Virus record (IMG/VR): IMGVR_UViG_3300042350_003801
Origin: a virus
Lineage: Duplodnaviria > Caudoviricetes
Length of the DNA: 64,000 nucleotides
Strand: one strand, 5' to 3'
Notes under the pieces: model-generated
What the model was told of the DNA's origin: nothing
What the model saw: the letters and a program-made list of their open reading frames with translations, nothing else
The model's database searches: none
In this document: positions 26,805-38,198 of the stretch, one piece after another
Position numbering within the stretch: position 1 is the stretch's first letter
Layout: every line of letters starts with the position of its first letter
Translations under genes and position numbers: made by a program

Positions 26805-29800
26805 TTAGAATTTAATACAATATAGAAGTGCAATGTTACGAGGTCTGGTTTCTGAACCACCTTGAGAATAAGTTCCAGAACCAGAGAATGTTTCCTGTCC
26901 CCCATAGTAGCCTTGTGCTAAGCCCCAGTTGGGGCCTTCTGGTGTTGCCAAGACTCTAAGGATTTCTATAATTGAGTTTCCGTGATTGTGAGATGCAAAT
27001 TCTCCCGCTTGGAATGAGCCAAATCCCCGGCCAGAGTCAGCACCGCGACCGTTATCCCAACCTCGGATAAACTCACCTCTTAAATCTGGAAGATTAAAAG
27101 TTCCACCACTCCCACCAAAAGTATATCCAATTGATGCAAATAATGGTGCATAAGTTGTTGTAGATAATGGGGCTCCGTTACAGGGTAAGAAACCAGTTGG
27201 AGCAGTCTGAGCGGCATAAGAAATAACAGTTCCGGGTGGTATAGAAGTGACTTCGGTCCACTTCAGACCAGTAGTTTGCACACTATCAACAGTAAGAACC
27301 TGACCATTCGCACCAACAGTAAGAATACCGGCATTATTATCGGTAATACCAACCGCTAAATCACCTTTGGCGTTCCAAGATGCATTGCCTAGTAATGAAC
27401 TTTGACCACCAAGAGCAACAATAAAATGCGATAAACCTGCTGCAGGCGCAGTAGTGAATGTTAGGGATGAAGTATTAACACCTGCAATTTTATTAATATA
27501 AAAATCAGTTCCAGGTTTTTGAATAATGCCACCAAGAGATACGATTAGATTTGCATCACTTCCGAATGGGACATATGGTGAACTATTAAGACGCAGATTA
27601 AATGCGCTCACTACGCCATCAAATGTAGAAAGTGGGTCTAAAATAACTGTGTTGCCACTAGCAGAAACACCAATACCCGATGCGGAGTTTGCGGGATTAT
27701 AACCAAGAGCAACTGTTACATCAGAAGATGTAAGAGCAGCATCTGCACCACCAGCCTTTAAGAAATTAGTTGTAGTTACACCGGCTTTTATAAATCCACC
27801 GGCAGTAATGACAGCAGAAGAAGATATGCCGACCGTAATCGTCGCAATACCACTTACTGGGGGTGTGCCGGAAATTATAATATTTGGGGTTCCAGCAAAG
27901 TTAATCTGAGTTGCCATTCCAACAAAGTTATTAGAACCCGTTGAGACCCCAATAGTATTGCCCGATGGTGATGCACCAGCAAAGTTTAAGGTAGTAATAC
28001 CACTTGTTGCATCAAAGGAAGATGTTAAAACAATACCAGTTGCTTTAAAGTCAATAAGAGTTGAAAGACCAACAAAAGAACCGTTACTGGAAACACCAAC
28101 AGCTGGATCAACACTACCACCATAATTGCCAATTCTACCGAATTTTTCCCAACGATTGTTGGACGTATATACCCAACCAAGAAACCCACCACTTAATGGA
28201 TTTGCATTATATTGAACATCACCCGGGCTTCCGGCATTTGTTGGAATAGATTCACCAACAGTATATTGTCTTGGAGTATTAGAAGTTCCTTGTAGGAATA
28301 GTGAAAGTGCCTCAATACCTTTTGGTGAATTAGAGATTACCTTGTTATTAAGAACAACCGGACCATCAAATTGTGAAATAAGGTCTTTATTTGCACCACC
28401 TTCAACAAACAGTGAACGGCTAACAAATGCATCAGTTGTATTTAAGACATTGAATCCATTATTAGAGTTATTTGTTGCTGGATCTTCTCCTGCTACTGAA
28501 GGAATAGGAACATCAAATAGTTCTTCGCTGCCAGTTGCGGAATTAACTTTCTTATTGCCGATGAAGAAATTTCCATTAGCATTCATACCTTGAAACTCTA
28601 CAATACCACCACTTTCTTTAGTTGATTGTGAAATGAGTTCTTCTTGTGGTGAAAGATTTCTATCCTGTCTATCTGGCAGTGCAGCAGAATAATTACCAGA
28701 ACCGTAACCAGTATATTCAAAAGTATGAGCACTTGCGCGTGTTAAAGAGTTTCTTCTTAGTTCAATAGGAACAGGGAGAATCTTACTAACGTATGCGCCA
28801 GACTGGTGTGAATTGCTACGAGTTCCAAGTAATCCCCGGAATACTGTAACTGTATCATTGGCAACAGTTGTTGAGATTCTTACAATTTCTTCGTCAATTA
28901 GTAGATAATCACCAAGTTTTAGACCAGCATTAAATGCATTAATAATTGAAACAGATGTTGAAGTTGTATTAAGACTTGCACTTAAAGTTGTGGTAATACC
29001 AGCATAATTGGCGACCATTCTACCGCCAAGGTTTTCTTTATCCTTAGTAATAGTTCCACCATTAGAAGATGCCCCTTGCCTGAAGATATAAGGAGTTCCA
29101 ACATAAGATGCATTTATGTTAGTATTTCCGGTTGAAACTGTAATGGTATTTAAACCAACGATACCAGAAACTGTGAAGGTGTTGTTGAGAGAGATACTAG
29201 TAAATCCACCAAAAAGAATCTTATTATCAACGAATAGACCGTGAGGATTTATAGTTGTAACCGTTGCAATACCAGTTGTAGAACCATAAACGAATGAAGA
29301 AATACCTAGAGTTCTACCAGTTAGTTCTGCATAACCTTGAGCAATTACAGTTGAACCAATACCACTAACGTAAGGAGATGCAATAGAAGATGCGGATGCA
29401 ACAGTTATAGATTTAGAACTAGAAATACCGGCAATTCTGTAACTTGTATTGTATGCATCTAAGGTTTTACTAACCTTTAATGATTCACCAATATGGTTAT
29501 AAATTGATACTACGCTGACAATACCGACAGTATAACCGGTAGTTGTTGCAATACCAACAACACTTAGTCTATCGCCAACTGCATAATTACTGCCTCCATC
29601 CATAATGCGGATACTTGAAATAGAACCAGCAGATGTTACGGTAACGTGGGCGGTTGCATTTTCGCCGGAAGATGCTGAATTTACTAATCTTGCATTATAA
29701 TAGAATTCTGTGCTTCCTGAACCAATACCATATCCTACACCTGGACTTGTAATAGAAAGACTAGTGGCGGGATTTAAGCCGTGGTCAATCGCTGTATAAA

Positions 29801-32800
29801 TTGTATGGGCAGTTCCGGCACTATTTGAAATAATATTGGTAAGACCAATACCAATTGATTGTTCTAAGAATGTCTTCTGTAATGTTTCTTTCGTGACCGA
29901 ATATTGGGGTTCGTCAACAACAACTTGCCCCAGAGGTTCCGATAGTGCAAAAGAAGTTGTTTCCTTTGGATCTGAAGATGGATTGTTTCTATTCTTTTGG
30001 GGATATAAATTTTGAACTGGCTGTGAATAATTTAAAGAGGTAAATGGTGTAGTTACCGGGGCATTTGATGCATTAAGAACAATTAGATAATAGATACCAT
30101 CTTGATTTCCAGGAACGTGTTTTTGGACTTCCTCCGCTCTATAAACATAGAAAGTATTTTTGTATTTCTTTCTAGTGAAATATGGAGAAGATGTATTCCT
30201 TGATGCAGTATTGCTAGTAAATGTGCCAGGATTTGTTGTAAGCGCCACCGCAAATTGCTTGCGATTAGGAATACCGATAACTGTAAATAAACCATTAAAT
30301 CCGAGATTATCGGCTGCGGCAGTGTTATTTGTACTCTTATTATTCTTGAGTTCAACATATGAACCGACAGAAAGATTATGCGGTAACTCTGAAGTATAGG
30401 TTGCAGTTCCGCCACTCCAAACTGCATCGGCAATGAGCTTTTGATTTCTTAGTTGTAATGGAGTTGTTAGGGTATTTGTGGTCGGGTTAAACTGGGCTGC
30501 AATCTCAGTATCAGTAGCACCAATTGTGCTATTAGATTCTTGAATAACAAACCCTTCAGTTGGTGGCCGAGCAACGGTTGTAGTTGAAGGAATGACATAG
30601 CGCAGTTTATAAATCGTATCAGCAAAACTACGAGAATCTATTTTCCGACTAAGGTAGGTTCGCTGCGTGATTCGCTGTGAGAGGCCACTGAGAGCCCCGT
30701 AGATGCCGTTCCCGGCCTCTACCGTGATATACCAGCCATTGGAGTCATATTGAATTGGATGACCGATATCGCCAGCATTTTTATCTGAAACCCTACTAAC
30801 AACCGATAAAGAGCCGCCACGATTATTGAGGGAAATCGCATTTCCGGTAATTGCATCGTTTAAGGTTTGGGCAAGTTTAATCTGAGTTGGGTCAGCGGTG
30901 GTGATTACATAATAAAGTTGATTTGAAGATACACCATCGGGTAGTTGTGCAGTATCACTGATGACTCTTACCGATTCACCATTTAAGAAAGTATGACTCT
31001 GAGTTAGGGATAGAACATTAAAACTGACACTACTAATACCAGCATTACTTCTACCAACAGTGAATAACTTTTCGGCAGAACTTGTGCTATTGGGTAGAAC
31101 AACTCTTGCATTATATTCTGTTGAGTTAATAACAACTTTAAGTTGTTCATTGCGCCGCGCCCCAACTCTGTAACCTTCAATAATTGAATCTGGAGGAGAA
31201 GATGGTGCAGTTTTATTATAGAAATAAAGATGAGTTGATAAACCAACAGCTAGTGTAGTTGTTACATCAATTGCATCATATGTAACGGTAGTTTCATCGT
31301 TACCAAGTTCTTTTGGTGGGATAACGTGGGTGATATAACCTGCATCGTCACGAATGAATGCATTATCCCTATAACCCCGAGCAACAAGAGCTTTTGCCCC
31401 AAAGTTAGAGTTGGAAGCATTAATGGATTGGTCTGCACCACTTTCAGTTATGAACTGATTAGCATAACCAATTGCAAATACTGAAACTACCTGGATATAA
31501 CCATCATTACTTGCCTTAACGTGAAAGTTCTCATAAGATGGTTTATAACGTGCCCGACTATCAGTTGGAATATTTTCATTGCCGGTTGCAGTATTATCCT
31601 CAAATATACCAGAAGTTGAATTATACTTTACAAATGCCTTTGGATCTTTCTGAAGACCAATACCTGTATATTGTGCAATAACAATTGACTTAAATCCAGT
31701 TGTCTTAGAACCATCATTATGAAGACTGTTGCGACCCCATACTGTTTTACTGGCAAGATTAAAGAGATAAGGTGAAGATGATGAAACAGTATCTACTGAA
31801 ATATTAAGAGTAGCATTTGTTACAGTTGGGGCGGCAATTACTGGTGGGGTTGCTACTTCATAAACAACTTGGGTTGGACCGATAACTTGCTTGACAACAT
31901 ATTGACCATCATAACCACTGGTGGGAATACCTTCAATACGAATTGGGGTATCAACATCAAGTTCGCTAATGGGTTGTGCAAGAGTTGCAGTAATAGAAAT
32001 TGTTGGTGTGATACCATCACCAGCCCTAATTGCCGAAATGCTTACCTCTCTACCTCTAGAACCTACAATACGATATTCATCAAGTCTAGGTTGAATATCA
32101 ATAGAAGTTGAAGGATAGTCGGGTTGAATTTCTCTACCAGATGATGCACCAAATGCAAGACCAATCTTCTCATAATACATCTGAAGATCAGTTCTAGAAG
32201 ATGTATAAGACTGGAATATATCATTAATGACTACTGGATTGACACCATCGGCATTTTCGTGGTTGGTTAGTTTATGCTGTGAGAATAACGGGGCATATCT
32301 ATTTGCTGTATAATCTTTATAGACTGTTACATCCGGGTCTTCAATTGTGATTTCATTGAAGAAGTTTTGTCCAGTAAGAAGGAAAATTGAGCCGCTTTCA
32401 ATTGAATCATTTTCAGGATTAGGAATATAATCGGGAATGATAATCGTCTTACGATAATCTTGACCAATAATACTAACGCCACGGGGCAAGAAAATACCAC
32501 CGTGAATTGAGTTTAATTTGTATAGGGCATTATTGTTGGTGGTAATATCAAAATTGGTATTGCTATCCCATTGTGTAAAATCACTTGAGGATGTGCCGCT
32601 TCTTAGCCTAAAATTGTTTGTGCCATCTGGAATCCAACCTGGGCGGTTTGTTACTCTGTGGATACCAGGAGAAAGAATGATTGTGCAACGGGCAAAACGA
32701 TCGTTGTTTGGGCCAACTTGGTATGAAAATCTCACTGCTTCTGCAATAGCCCGGTTTAGATTATAAAACGGGCGAGTGGGCGAATTGCCACGATTATCAA

Positions 32801-32891
32801 TAGTGTCTGTAGAGTCTATTGAATCTGGGTTTACATATAAACATCTTCCAGTTGTATTTGAAAGCAGTTGGCTAAGTCTTGATAACCCCAT
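26805..32891 (-). CDS. Large tail fibre / virion structural protein with C-terminal collar domain
   Basis: 2028 aa, S/T/G-rich; collar P.GTVI.YA..TAP.GFL.CNG......Y..LF..IG.TFG..FNLPDLRGEFIRGWD; CTAAATA upstream. Confidence 0.85.
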   Translation of the reverse strand: MGLSRLSQLLSNTTGRCLYVNPDSIDSTDTIDNRGNSPTRPFYNLNRAIAEAVRFSYQVGPNNDRFARCTIILSPGIHRVTNRPGWIPDGTNNFRLRSGTSSSDFTQWDSNTNFDITTNNNALYKLNSIHGGIFLPRGVSIIGQDYRKTIIIPDYIPNPENDSIESGSIFLLTGQNFFNEITIEDPDVTVYKDYTANRYAPLFSQHKLTNHENADGVNPVVINDIFQSYTSSRTDLQMYYEKIGLAFGASSGREIQPDYPSTSIDIQPRLDEYRIVGSRGREVSISAIRAGDGITPTISITATLAQPISELDVDTPIRIEGIPTSGYDGQYVVKQVIGPTQVVYEVATPPVIAAPTVTNATLNISVDTVSSSSPYLFNLASKTVWGRNSLHNDGSKTTGFKSIVIAQYTGIGLQKDPKAFVKYNSTSGIFEDNTATGNENIPTDSRARYKPSYENFHVKASNDGYIQVVSVFAIGYANQFITESGADQSINASNSNFGAKALVARGYRDNAFIRDDAGYITHVIPPKELGNDETTVTYDAIDVTTTLAVGLSTHLYFYNKTAPSSPPDSIIEGYRVGARRNEQLKVVINSTEYNARVVLPNSTSSAEKLFTVGRSNAGISSVSFNVLSLTQSHTFLNGESVRVISDTAQLPDGVSSNQLYYVITTADPTQIKLAQTLNDAITGNAISLNNRGGSLSVVSRVSDKNAGDIGHPIQYDSNGWYITVEAGNGIYGALSGLSQRITQRTYLSRKIDSRSFADTIYKLRYVIPSTTTVARPPTEGFVIQESNSTIGATDTEIAAQFNPTTNTLTTPLQLRNQKLIADAVWSGGTATYTSELPHNLSVGSYVELKNNKSTNNTAAADNLGFNGLFTVIGIPNRKQFAVALTTNPGTFTSNTASRNTSSPYFTRKKYKNTFYVYRAEEVQKHVPGNQDGIYYLIVLNASNAPVTTPFTSLNYSQPVQNLYPQKNRNNPSSDPKETTSFALSEPLGQVVVDEPQYSVTKETLQKTFLEQSIGIGLTNIISNSAGTAHTIYTAIDHGLNPATSLSITSPGVGYGIGSGSTEFYYNARLVNSASSGENATAHVTVTSAGSISSIRIMDGGSNYAVGDRLSVVGIATTTGYTVGIVSVVSIYNHIGESLKVSKTLDAYNTSYRIAGISSSKSITVASASSIASPYVSGIGSTVIAQGYAELTGRTLGISSFVYGSTTGIATVTTINPHGLFVDNKILFGGFTSISLNNTFTVSGIVGLNTITVSTGNTNINASYVGTPYIFRQGASSNGGTITKDKENLGGRMVANYAGITTTLSASLNTTSTSVSIINAFNAGLKLGDYLLIDEEIVRISTTVANDTVTVFRGLLGTRSNSHQSGAYVSKILPVPIELRRNSLTRASAHTFEYTGYGSGNYSAALPDRQDRNLSPQEELISQSTKESGGIVEFQGMNANGNFFIGNKKVNSATGSEELFDVPIPSVAGEDPATNNSNNGFNVLNTTDAFVSRSLFVEGGANKDLISQFDGPVVLNNKVISNSPKGIEALSLFLQGTSNTPRQYTVGESIPTNAGSPGDVQYNANPLSGGFLGWVYTSNNRWEKFGRIGNYGGSVDPAVGVSSNGSFVGLSTLIDFKATGIVLTSSFDATSGITTLNFAGASPSGNTIGVSTGSNNFVGMATQINFAGTPNIIISGTPPVSGIATITVGISSSAVITAGGFIKAGVTTTNFLKAGGADAALTSSDVTVALGYNPANSASGIGVSASGNTVILDPLSTFDGVVSAFNLRLNSSPYVPFGSDANLIVSLGGIIQKPGTDFYINKIAGVNTSSLTFTTAPAAGLSHFIVALGGQSSLLGNASWNAKGDLAVGITDNNAGILTVGANGQVLTVDSVQTTGLKWTEVTSIPPGTVISYAAQTAPTGFLPCNGAPLSTTTYAPLFASIGYTFGGSGGTFNLPDLRGEFIRGWDNGRGADSGRGFGSFQAGEFASHNHGNSIIEILRVLATPEGPNWGLAQGYYGGQETFSGSGTYSQGGSETRPRNIALLYCIKF

Positions 32892-32998
32892 TCTTAATCC
32901 ACAATTATTCCTATGGATTATTTAGTCGTGTTTGATAATATTAAAAAGTAAACAACTTACTGCAAAGATTATAAAAATTTCCAGTAGCGATGAGGTCG

Positions 32999-33277
32999 TC
33001 ATTCTACTGGAAGTTCTTCGGGGTTTTTAATATTCATTTCAAATAGAAGTGGATGGGCTTCTTCTGAAATCAAATAATCGGACCACTTTAACATTTGTTC
33101 AGATTTTATTCCAATCTTTTGATTTGCTTCCGTAAAGATTGTTGGGTCGCTTTTTGCAATTTCTGGAAGAATGTCAAAAGAAAAGGGAATTCCTTCAATG
33201 CAATAAACCTTTACCAACTCATTTGGTGTTTTGGGAACAATAAACCACCGGTAACAGGTGGTTATAGAATATTGCAT
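32999..33277 (-). CDS. Hypothetical late protein
   Basis: 92-aa ORF with ATAAATA upstream. Confidence 0.6.
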   Translation of the reverse strand: MQYSITTCYRWFIVPKTPNELVKVYCIEGIPFSFDILPEIAKSDPTIFTEANQKIGIKSEQMLKWSDYLISEEAHPLLFEMNIKNPEELPVE

Positions 33278-33400
33278 TTTTGATGCCGCGGCTAACAGTA
33301 TTTATTCATCGTCCTTAATATGCCGACGATTCAAAAATTCCTCAACTATCGAAATTATTTAAAGACCGTTGTAGATAAAAAATGGAAAACTTAGATGAAA

Positions 33401-34757
33401 GGTCCAATAAAAACTTCACTAAATAAAGATGCCTGGTTGGTTGGCGCTTTTCAGGTGGGGGAGAATTTCTTCTCCCCTTATAAAATAAAACTTTACTAAA
33501 TAATATTGCCAACCAATAAACAGAGCAGATGCATTTAAAAGCATACAAGTTCAGGATTTATCCAGATAAAGAACAAGAAGTTATATTGGCGAAGACTTTC
33601 GGTTGCTGTAGGTTTGTTTGGAACAAACTCGTTGAAAACTTCAACAGTAACTCCAAGGAATTCATAAACGAAAAAACTTTGAAAGACACTCCCGAATTTG
33701 AATTTCTTAAAGAAGTTTCTGCTGCTGCTATTCAACAAAAAAGAAATGACTTTATTGATTTCAAGAAGCAGTTTTTCAATAAGAAAAGAAAGGCCAAATT
33801 AGGACGACCTTCTTTTAAGAAAAAATCAAATCGTCAGTCTTTTAGACTTCCCAATCAGAAGTTCGTTCTAGACCAAGAAAACTCTTTAGTTAGACTTGAA
33901 AAGATTGGTTGGGTTAAAGTTGTCGTTGACCGTGAAATTCCCGAAGATGCTGACTTTAGGAACATCACTGTTTCTAAAACACCAACCGGTAAATACTTTG
34001 TTTCAATTTTAGTTAAGCAAGAACTCAATCCAATACCCTCAACCGGCAAGGTAGTAGGTATTGATTTGGGCATTAAAGACTTGTTCATTCTTTCAAACGG
34101 ACAAGCAATTAACAATCCTAAATGGTTTCGCAAGAACCAAGCGAAACTCAAAAAAGCCCAGAAGCATTTAAGTAGGAAAAAGAAGGGAAGTAATCGTTAC
34201 ATTAAGCAACGAATTAAAGTTGCTAAAGTACACGAATACATTACAAACAGTAGAACTTACTTTCTTCATAACGTGTCTACTGCTTTAGTGAACACTTTTG
34301 ACTTGATAGTTCTTGAAGATTTAAACGTTTCTGGAATGCTGAAGAACCGCAAGTTGTCTAAATCAATCTCGGATGCTTCTTGGTCTACTTTTGTGTCTAT
34401 GCTGGAATACAAGTGTAACTGGTATGGAAAATTGTTGGTTAAAATTAACCGTTTCTTTCCGTCAAGTAAGACTTGTAGTTCTTGTGGTTACAAGAAAGAC
34501 AAAATGCCTCTTTCGGTTAGAGAATGGACTTGTCCATCTTGTGGTTGTCAACACGATAGAGACTTGAATGCCTCTATTAATATTTTAAAGGAAGGTTGGA
34601 GAAATCTAACCGACCGAGAACTTTCATCGGCGGAGTACGTCGATTACGGACGTGGAGCGGAATTAAGACTGAATGGTAATTCACATCATTTAGCATCTGC
34701 TATGAAGCGTCTAGAGAACCAATAGAGTTTTTTGACTTTATTAGTTTTTATTACTAT
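33401..34757 (+). mobile_element. tnpB-only element, paralog of 1685-3040
   Basis: Shared leader, ORF and 3' tail. Confidence 0.65.
33529..34725 (+). CDS. tnpB: TnpB, close paralog of 1814..3010
   Basis: Both 398 aa with the same catalytic D/E/D and zinc finger. Confidence 0.95.
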   Translation: MHLKAYKFRIYPDKEQEVILAKTFGCCRFVWNKLVENFNSNSKEFINEKTLKDTPEFEFLKEVSAAAIQQKRNDFIDFKKQFFNKKRKAKLGRPSFKKKSNRQSFRLPNQKFVLDQENSLVRLEKIGWVKVVVDREIPEDADFRNITVSKTPTGKYFVSILVKQELNPIPSTGKVVGIDLGIKDLFILSNGQAINNPKWFRKNQAKLKKAQKHLSRKKKGSNRYIKQRIKVAKVHEYITNSRTYFLHNVSTALVNTFDLIVLEDLNVSGMLKNRKLSKSISDASWSTFVSMLEYKCNWYGKLLVKINRFFPSSKTCSSCGYKKDKMPLSVREWTCPSCGCQHDRDLNASINILKEGWRNLTDRELSSAEYVDYGRGAELRLNGNSHHLASAMKRLENQ

Positions 34758-35409
34758 TTAACTGGTTCGGGAATGATAGAATTAGAAAGAATGGCTTCAA
34801 GAACATCATTAATCTTAGAAACCAGTAGAAACATTAAATGCAATGGAAGAAGAATAATAATTCTAAGAATCAGATAATGGTAGCGAATATGAATAGTGTA
34901 GCCGGGAAATTTTTGATACTTTGCTTTCATCTTGTTGTCAATGAACTTAAAGGGATTCATAGTTCCGCTCCACCATATGAATGCAATTGGGGGAGCTTAG
35001 CACTTTCCACAACTTGCCTTAGCCGAAACCTAGTTGCGCGGTCTGGTAGTTTATTTCCATATGCCTGCTCACATTCTTTCTCGTGGTTAAGAAAATTAAC
35101 TAGCATTTCCCACCTTTCTGTGTATGGTTCTAAAAAGATAAGCTCATTAGTGGCGTCTTCTATGCGGTAAGACTTATGAAAAGACCCATATGCGAATGGA
35201 AAATTACTAGCCCAAAGTCTCAAGTCTCCTAGAATTATTGTATAATCACTTTCAATGACAAGCTCGGTATTCGGATCATCTAGAAGTTGATTTATTTTTT
35301 TAGACAATGCTTTAGAAGTTTTATAATTACTAATATAGGCGTTGGGATTGATCCAGTAGAAAAATTTCTCCATTTTGCTGGATTTGATGGTGATGTCGGA
35401 GATTTTCAT
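34754..35409 (-). CDS. Two hypothetical proteins (34754..34960 and 34957..35409)
   Basis: Coupled ORFs. Confidence 0.55.
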
Positions 35410-36175
35410 TAGAGTCCTAGTAAATGAGCAAGAGCTGTTTCAGTTTTTAAAATGACAGTCTTATAATATATGAGCCTATTAATAAGACTTTCCTGGTTAG
35501 CTACATATTCTCCACCGTGATTTGTCATTTTTAGATAACGGGTTCCATCTGGTTTTTCCATTACCCAGGCCGTTCCATCACATTCCTATTCGTGCCATAG
35601 GACTGGAAATGTGAAGATGATCTTATCTTCGTCTAGGGTTTGGTTCATAATTAAAGGGTTTCTAGTGCTTGGGGGATAGCGTCGTGTTGCATAAAGTGAG
35701 TATCGTAAATATTTGGCTCCGGTTTACGGAGTGTCCATTGTTGTTCAAAGTCAACGAAACACCAGCATCGCCCCCGTTTGTCACAAAATCCAGGCGTCTT
35801 CAGGGGCAGCGCACTGGCCGATATGGGAACAATCGCTGAGTCTAATGCTTTTAGTAATGCAGTGCGTTATTGCCCCATTGATTGAAAACTCATAGCGTAA
35901 CCATCGTTTGCGATCAAGTCTCTAATACTTTTCATAATCAAAGAGTTTCTAGTGCGTGGATTTGGGGTCGTCAGATCATCATTAAGGAAAATTTGTCAGT
36001 CGTCAATGGCAACCCCTTCAACAAGCCAGGAAAGGCGTTGAAACCGAGAAGATGTGAGAGGAACAAGGGATCCTTCTTGTTCAAGGCTGTTCTTGAGCAA
36101 GAAATCAAGAAAAAGTGCCAACCTTTTATAATAATTGCGCTCTTTATCATCCATTTGCTTTTTGGGTGAGTTCAT
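35409..36175 (-). pseudogene. Block of small genes with in-frame stops and a probable frameshift
   Basis: TAG at 35586-35588 inside 35409..35648; TAA at 35867-35869 in MGQ*RTALLKAL. Confidence 0.5.
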
Positions 36176-36241
36176 CGGTGGTTGTTAAAGACTCTTATAT
36201 AATACAAGAAATCCCCCAAAAGGGGGAATTTGTGTGCCACT

Positions 36242-37615
36242 TCAGAATGTGACCCTGCTCCTGACGGTTTCAAAGTCTACAAGATTGTGCAACTGTCCAT
36301 TTTCAAAGACAGTTTGAAGAGCGATCGGATAATCCAATGCACCTTCAATATCTGTTACAAAACCATTTTCGGTCTTATAAAGAGTTACACGACCCTTCTT
36401 GGATTCCTTACCGAAATCTGTGATTGGTTGCTTGTAAACATCTCGCCATTCACCATTGACCTTGGCTGCAGAGCATTTCATTGCAAACTTCAAGGTATCC
36501 CTATCCACTTGCTGAAGAAGTCCACCACCTTGACCGAAGGTAATATTATCTGCCGAGAAACCAGCAGTGGTTGCACGATAGAGAATTCGGTCAATTGTTG
36601 CCTGATTGATACCGTCGCCTTGAATAACACTAACATTGTTAAGAACCTTATAGCCCTTATCGTTGATAGTATGCCCGAAGTGTTCGTCAAGAATTCGCAG
36701 ACATTCTGCTACAACTTGTGGAGAGTCGCCGCTGTCTGGTCGAATTCCGACGACTGCACCAGAATTGATAACTTCATCTTTCAACTCTGTTCCCCAGAGT
36801 TTACTACAGGCATCATAGATGTTGTAACTATCGCTAACAACTGCTAGAACTGCTCCAGGTTTACCGAAGAGTTTTAGCATATTGCGATAAGCCTCAACCT
36901 CGTTTTCTCGGCCCCAAGATACCATCGAGCTGTGTTCACTAGCCGGGATAGAGAATCCTGCCATCTTGGCATCATAATACTTTCTTGCATAAAGAAGGGC
37001 TGCTACAGTATCAGTTCCTTTGAAGTTGACAAGATGGGCTGCCCCACCAATGCCAGCAGATTCATAAGAAGAGACACCTCGAAATCCGAAATCTTGCAGC
37101 TTGAAATCAATCAAATCTGGATTACCCGTTTTATGAAGATACTCTAGGATGATTCTCTTACTGGTGTAAGAATTCGTGCAGACTGTCGTTGGATACCATA
37201 CCGCTCGGAGCAATGCCGTCTCCAAGAAAGAACTTAACCACCAGCACTTGGGGTCAGTTGGTTCAATCGTAACAAGAACATTCTTCGTTGGAACAACTGT
37301 TCCTTCTGGAACTGCCTTGATTATAACTGGAAGCCAGCCATTATGCTCTTTGAGAATGTATTCCCAAAGTTCACGGTAGAATGGTTCACCGTGAGCCGTG
37401 ATAATCTCTTCTGCAACATCAATGTCTTCTTGTGTGATCGGTTTGGACATATATTCCTTGAGGAACATCTGTAAACCAAAGAACACAGTTTCATCCCATT
37501 TACCACCTCTACTCTCAATGTAAGAGTAGACGCTTTCAGTTCCAGGAGGATACTGATAAGGTTGGGAATACTTGTAGGAATCAGCGTTGAGAATTAGATT
37601 TTTAAAAAGGTCCAT
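36242..37615 (-). CDS. nadV: Nicotinamide phosphoribosyltransferase
   Basis: ADSYKYSQ, DFGFRG, SIPASEHS, VVSDSY, IRPDSGD, QGDGI, GQGGGLLQ..DRD. Confidence 0.95.
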   Translation of the reverse strand: MDLFKNLILNADSYKYSQPYQYPPGTESVYSYIESRGGKWDETVFFGLQMFLKEYMSKPITQEDIDVAEEIITAHGEPFYRELWEYILKEHNGWLPVIIKAVPEGTVVPTKNVLVTIEPTDPKCWWLSSFLETALLRAVWYPTTVCTNSYTSKRIILEYLHKTGNPDLIDFKLQDFGFRGVSSYESAGIGGAAHLVNFKGTDTVAALLYARKYYDAKMAGFSIPASEHSSMVSWGRENEVEAYRNMLKLFGKPGAVLAVVSDSYNIYDACSKLWGTELKDEVINSGAVVGIRPDSGDSPQVVAECLRILDEHFGHTINDKGYKVLNNVSVIQGDGINQATIDRILYRATTAGFSADNITFGQGGGLLQQVDRDTLKFAMKCSAAKVNGEWRDVYKQPITDFGKESKKGRVTLYKTENGFVTDIEGALDYPIALQTVFENGQLHNLVDFETVRSRVTF

Positions 37616-37648
37616 TTTAAACTCCTTAAAATGTAGTGTGTATTTGTG

Positions 37649-37667
37649 CCTTCCGTCTATCGGGAGG
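37649..37667 (-). promoter_or_regulatory. Leader hairpin with G-ATAGA-C loop
   Basis: CCTCCCG-ATAGA-CGGAAGG; same loop as 39788-39806. Confidence 0.55.
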
Positions 37668-37697
37668 ACTTTCGTGTTTTAAAGTCTTTACACCTGA

Positions 37698-38198
37698 CTA
37701 TGGTTGATACTCTACAACCGTAACCTCTGCAAAGTCTTTAACTCTTTCAGAGAACTCTTCAATCATTTTAGAAATTCTACTCCAATCGCCGCAAGCAAGA
37801 CCAGCGCCAATCATTGGAAATCCGATATTGATTTTGTCTGGATATAACCAAATCGCAGATGTAATAGTAGCTGCATAATTATTCAAAAATTCCCGAAAAG
37901 CATCATATTCAAAGACATCCTTTCCGAGTCCAAAAAAATATTGAGTATATACATTAATAACAATGAATGTAGTTTCACCCACTTCTATATTCACCTCGGT
38001 AGATTTTCCTAATTTTTCTTTATCTCCATATTTGGATTGGGTTTTATCTGCTTCTAATACTTGTGGATATTTACGTGCAAGCTGCCCCGCAAGACCAGAA
38101 GATTGGGTATGAAAGCAATTACACCCCTGCACAATCAGGTCAAACACACCTTGTTCGGCAAGTTTGATTAAGTCTCCTTTAACGATTTTCATAATCAA
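37698..38198 (-). CDS. Macrodomain protein
   Basis: IVKGDL, IVQGCNCF..G.A, NVYTQ, FPMIGAGLACGDW. Confidence 0.85.
   Translation of the reverse strand: MIMKIVKGDLIKLAEQGVFDLIVQGCNCFHTQSSGLAGQLARKYPQVLEADKTQSKYGDKEKLGKSTEVNIEVGETTFIVINVYTQYFFGLGKDVFEYDAFREFLNNYAATITSAIWLYPDKINIGFPMIGAGLACGDWSRISKMIEEFSERVKDFAEVTVVEYQP

Noticed and set aside
35586-35588. Amber stop recoding
   Set aside because: TAG terminates tnpB and other genes normally, and a neighbouring interruption is TAA; decay or error is simpler.
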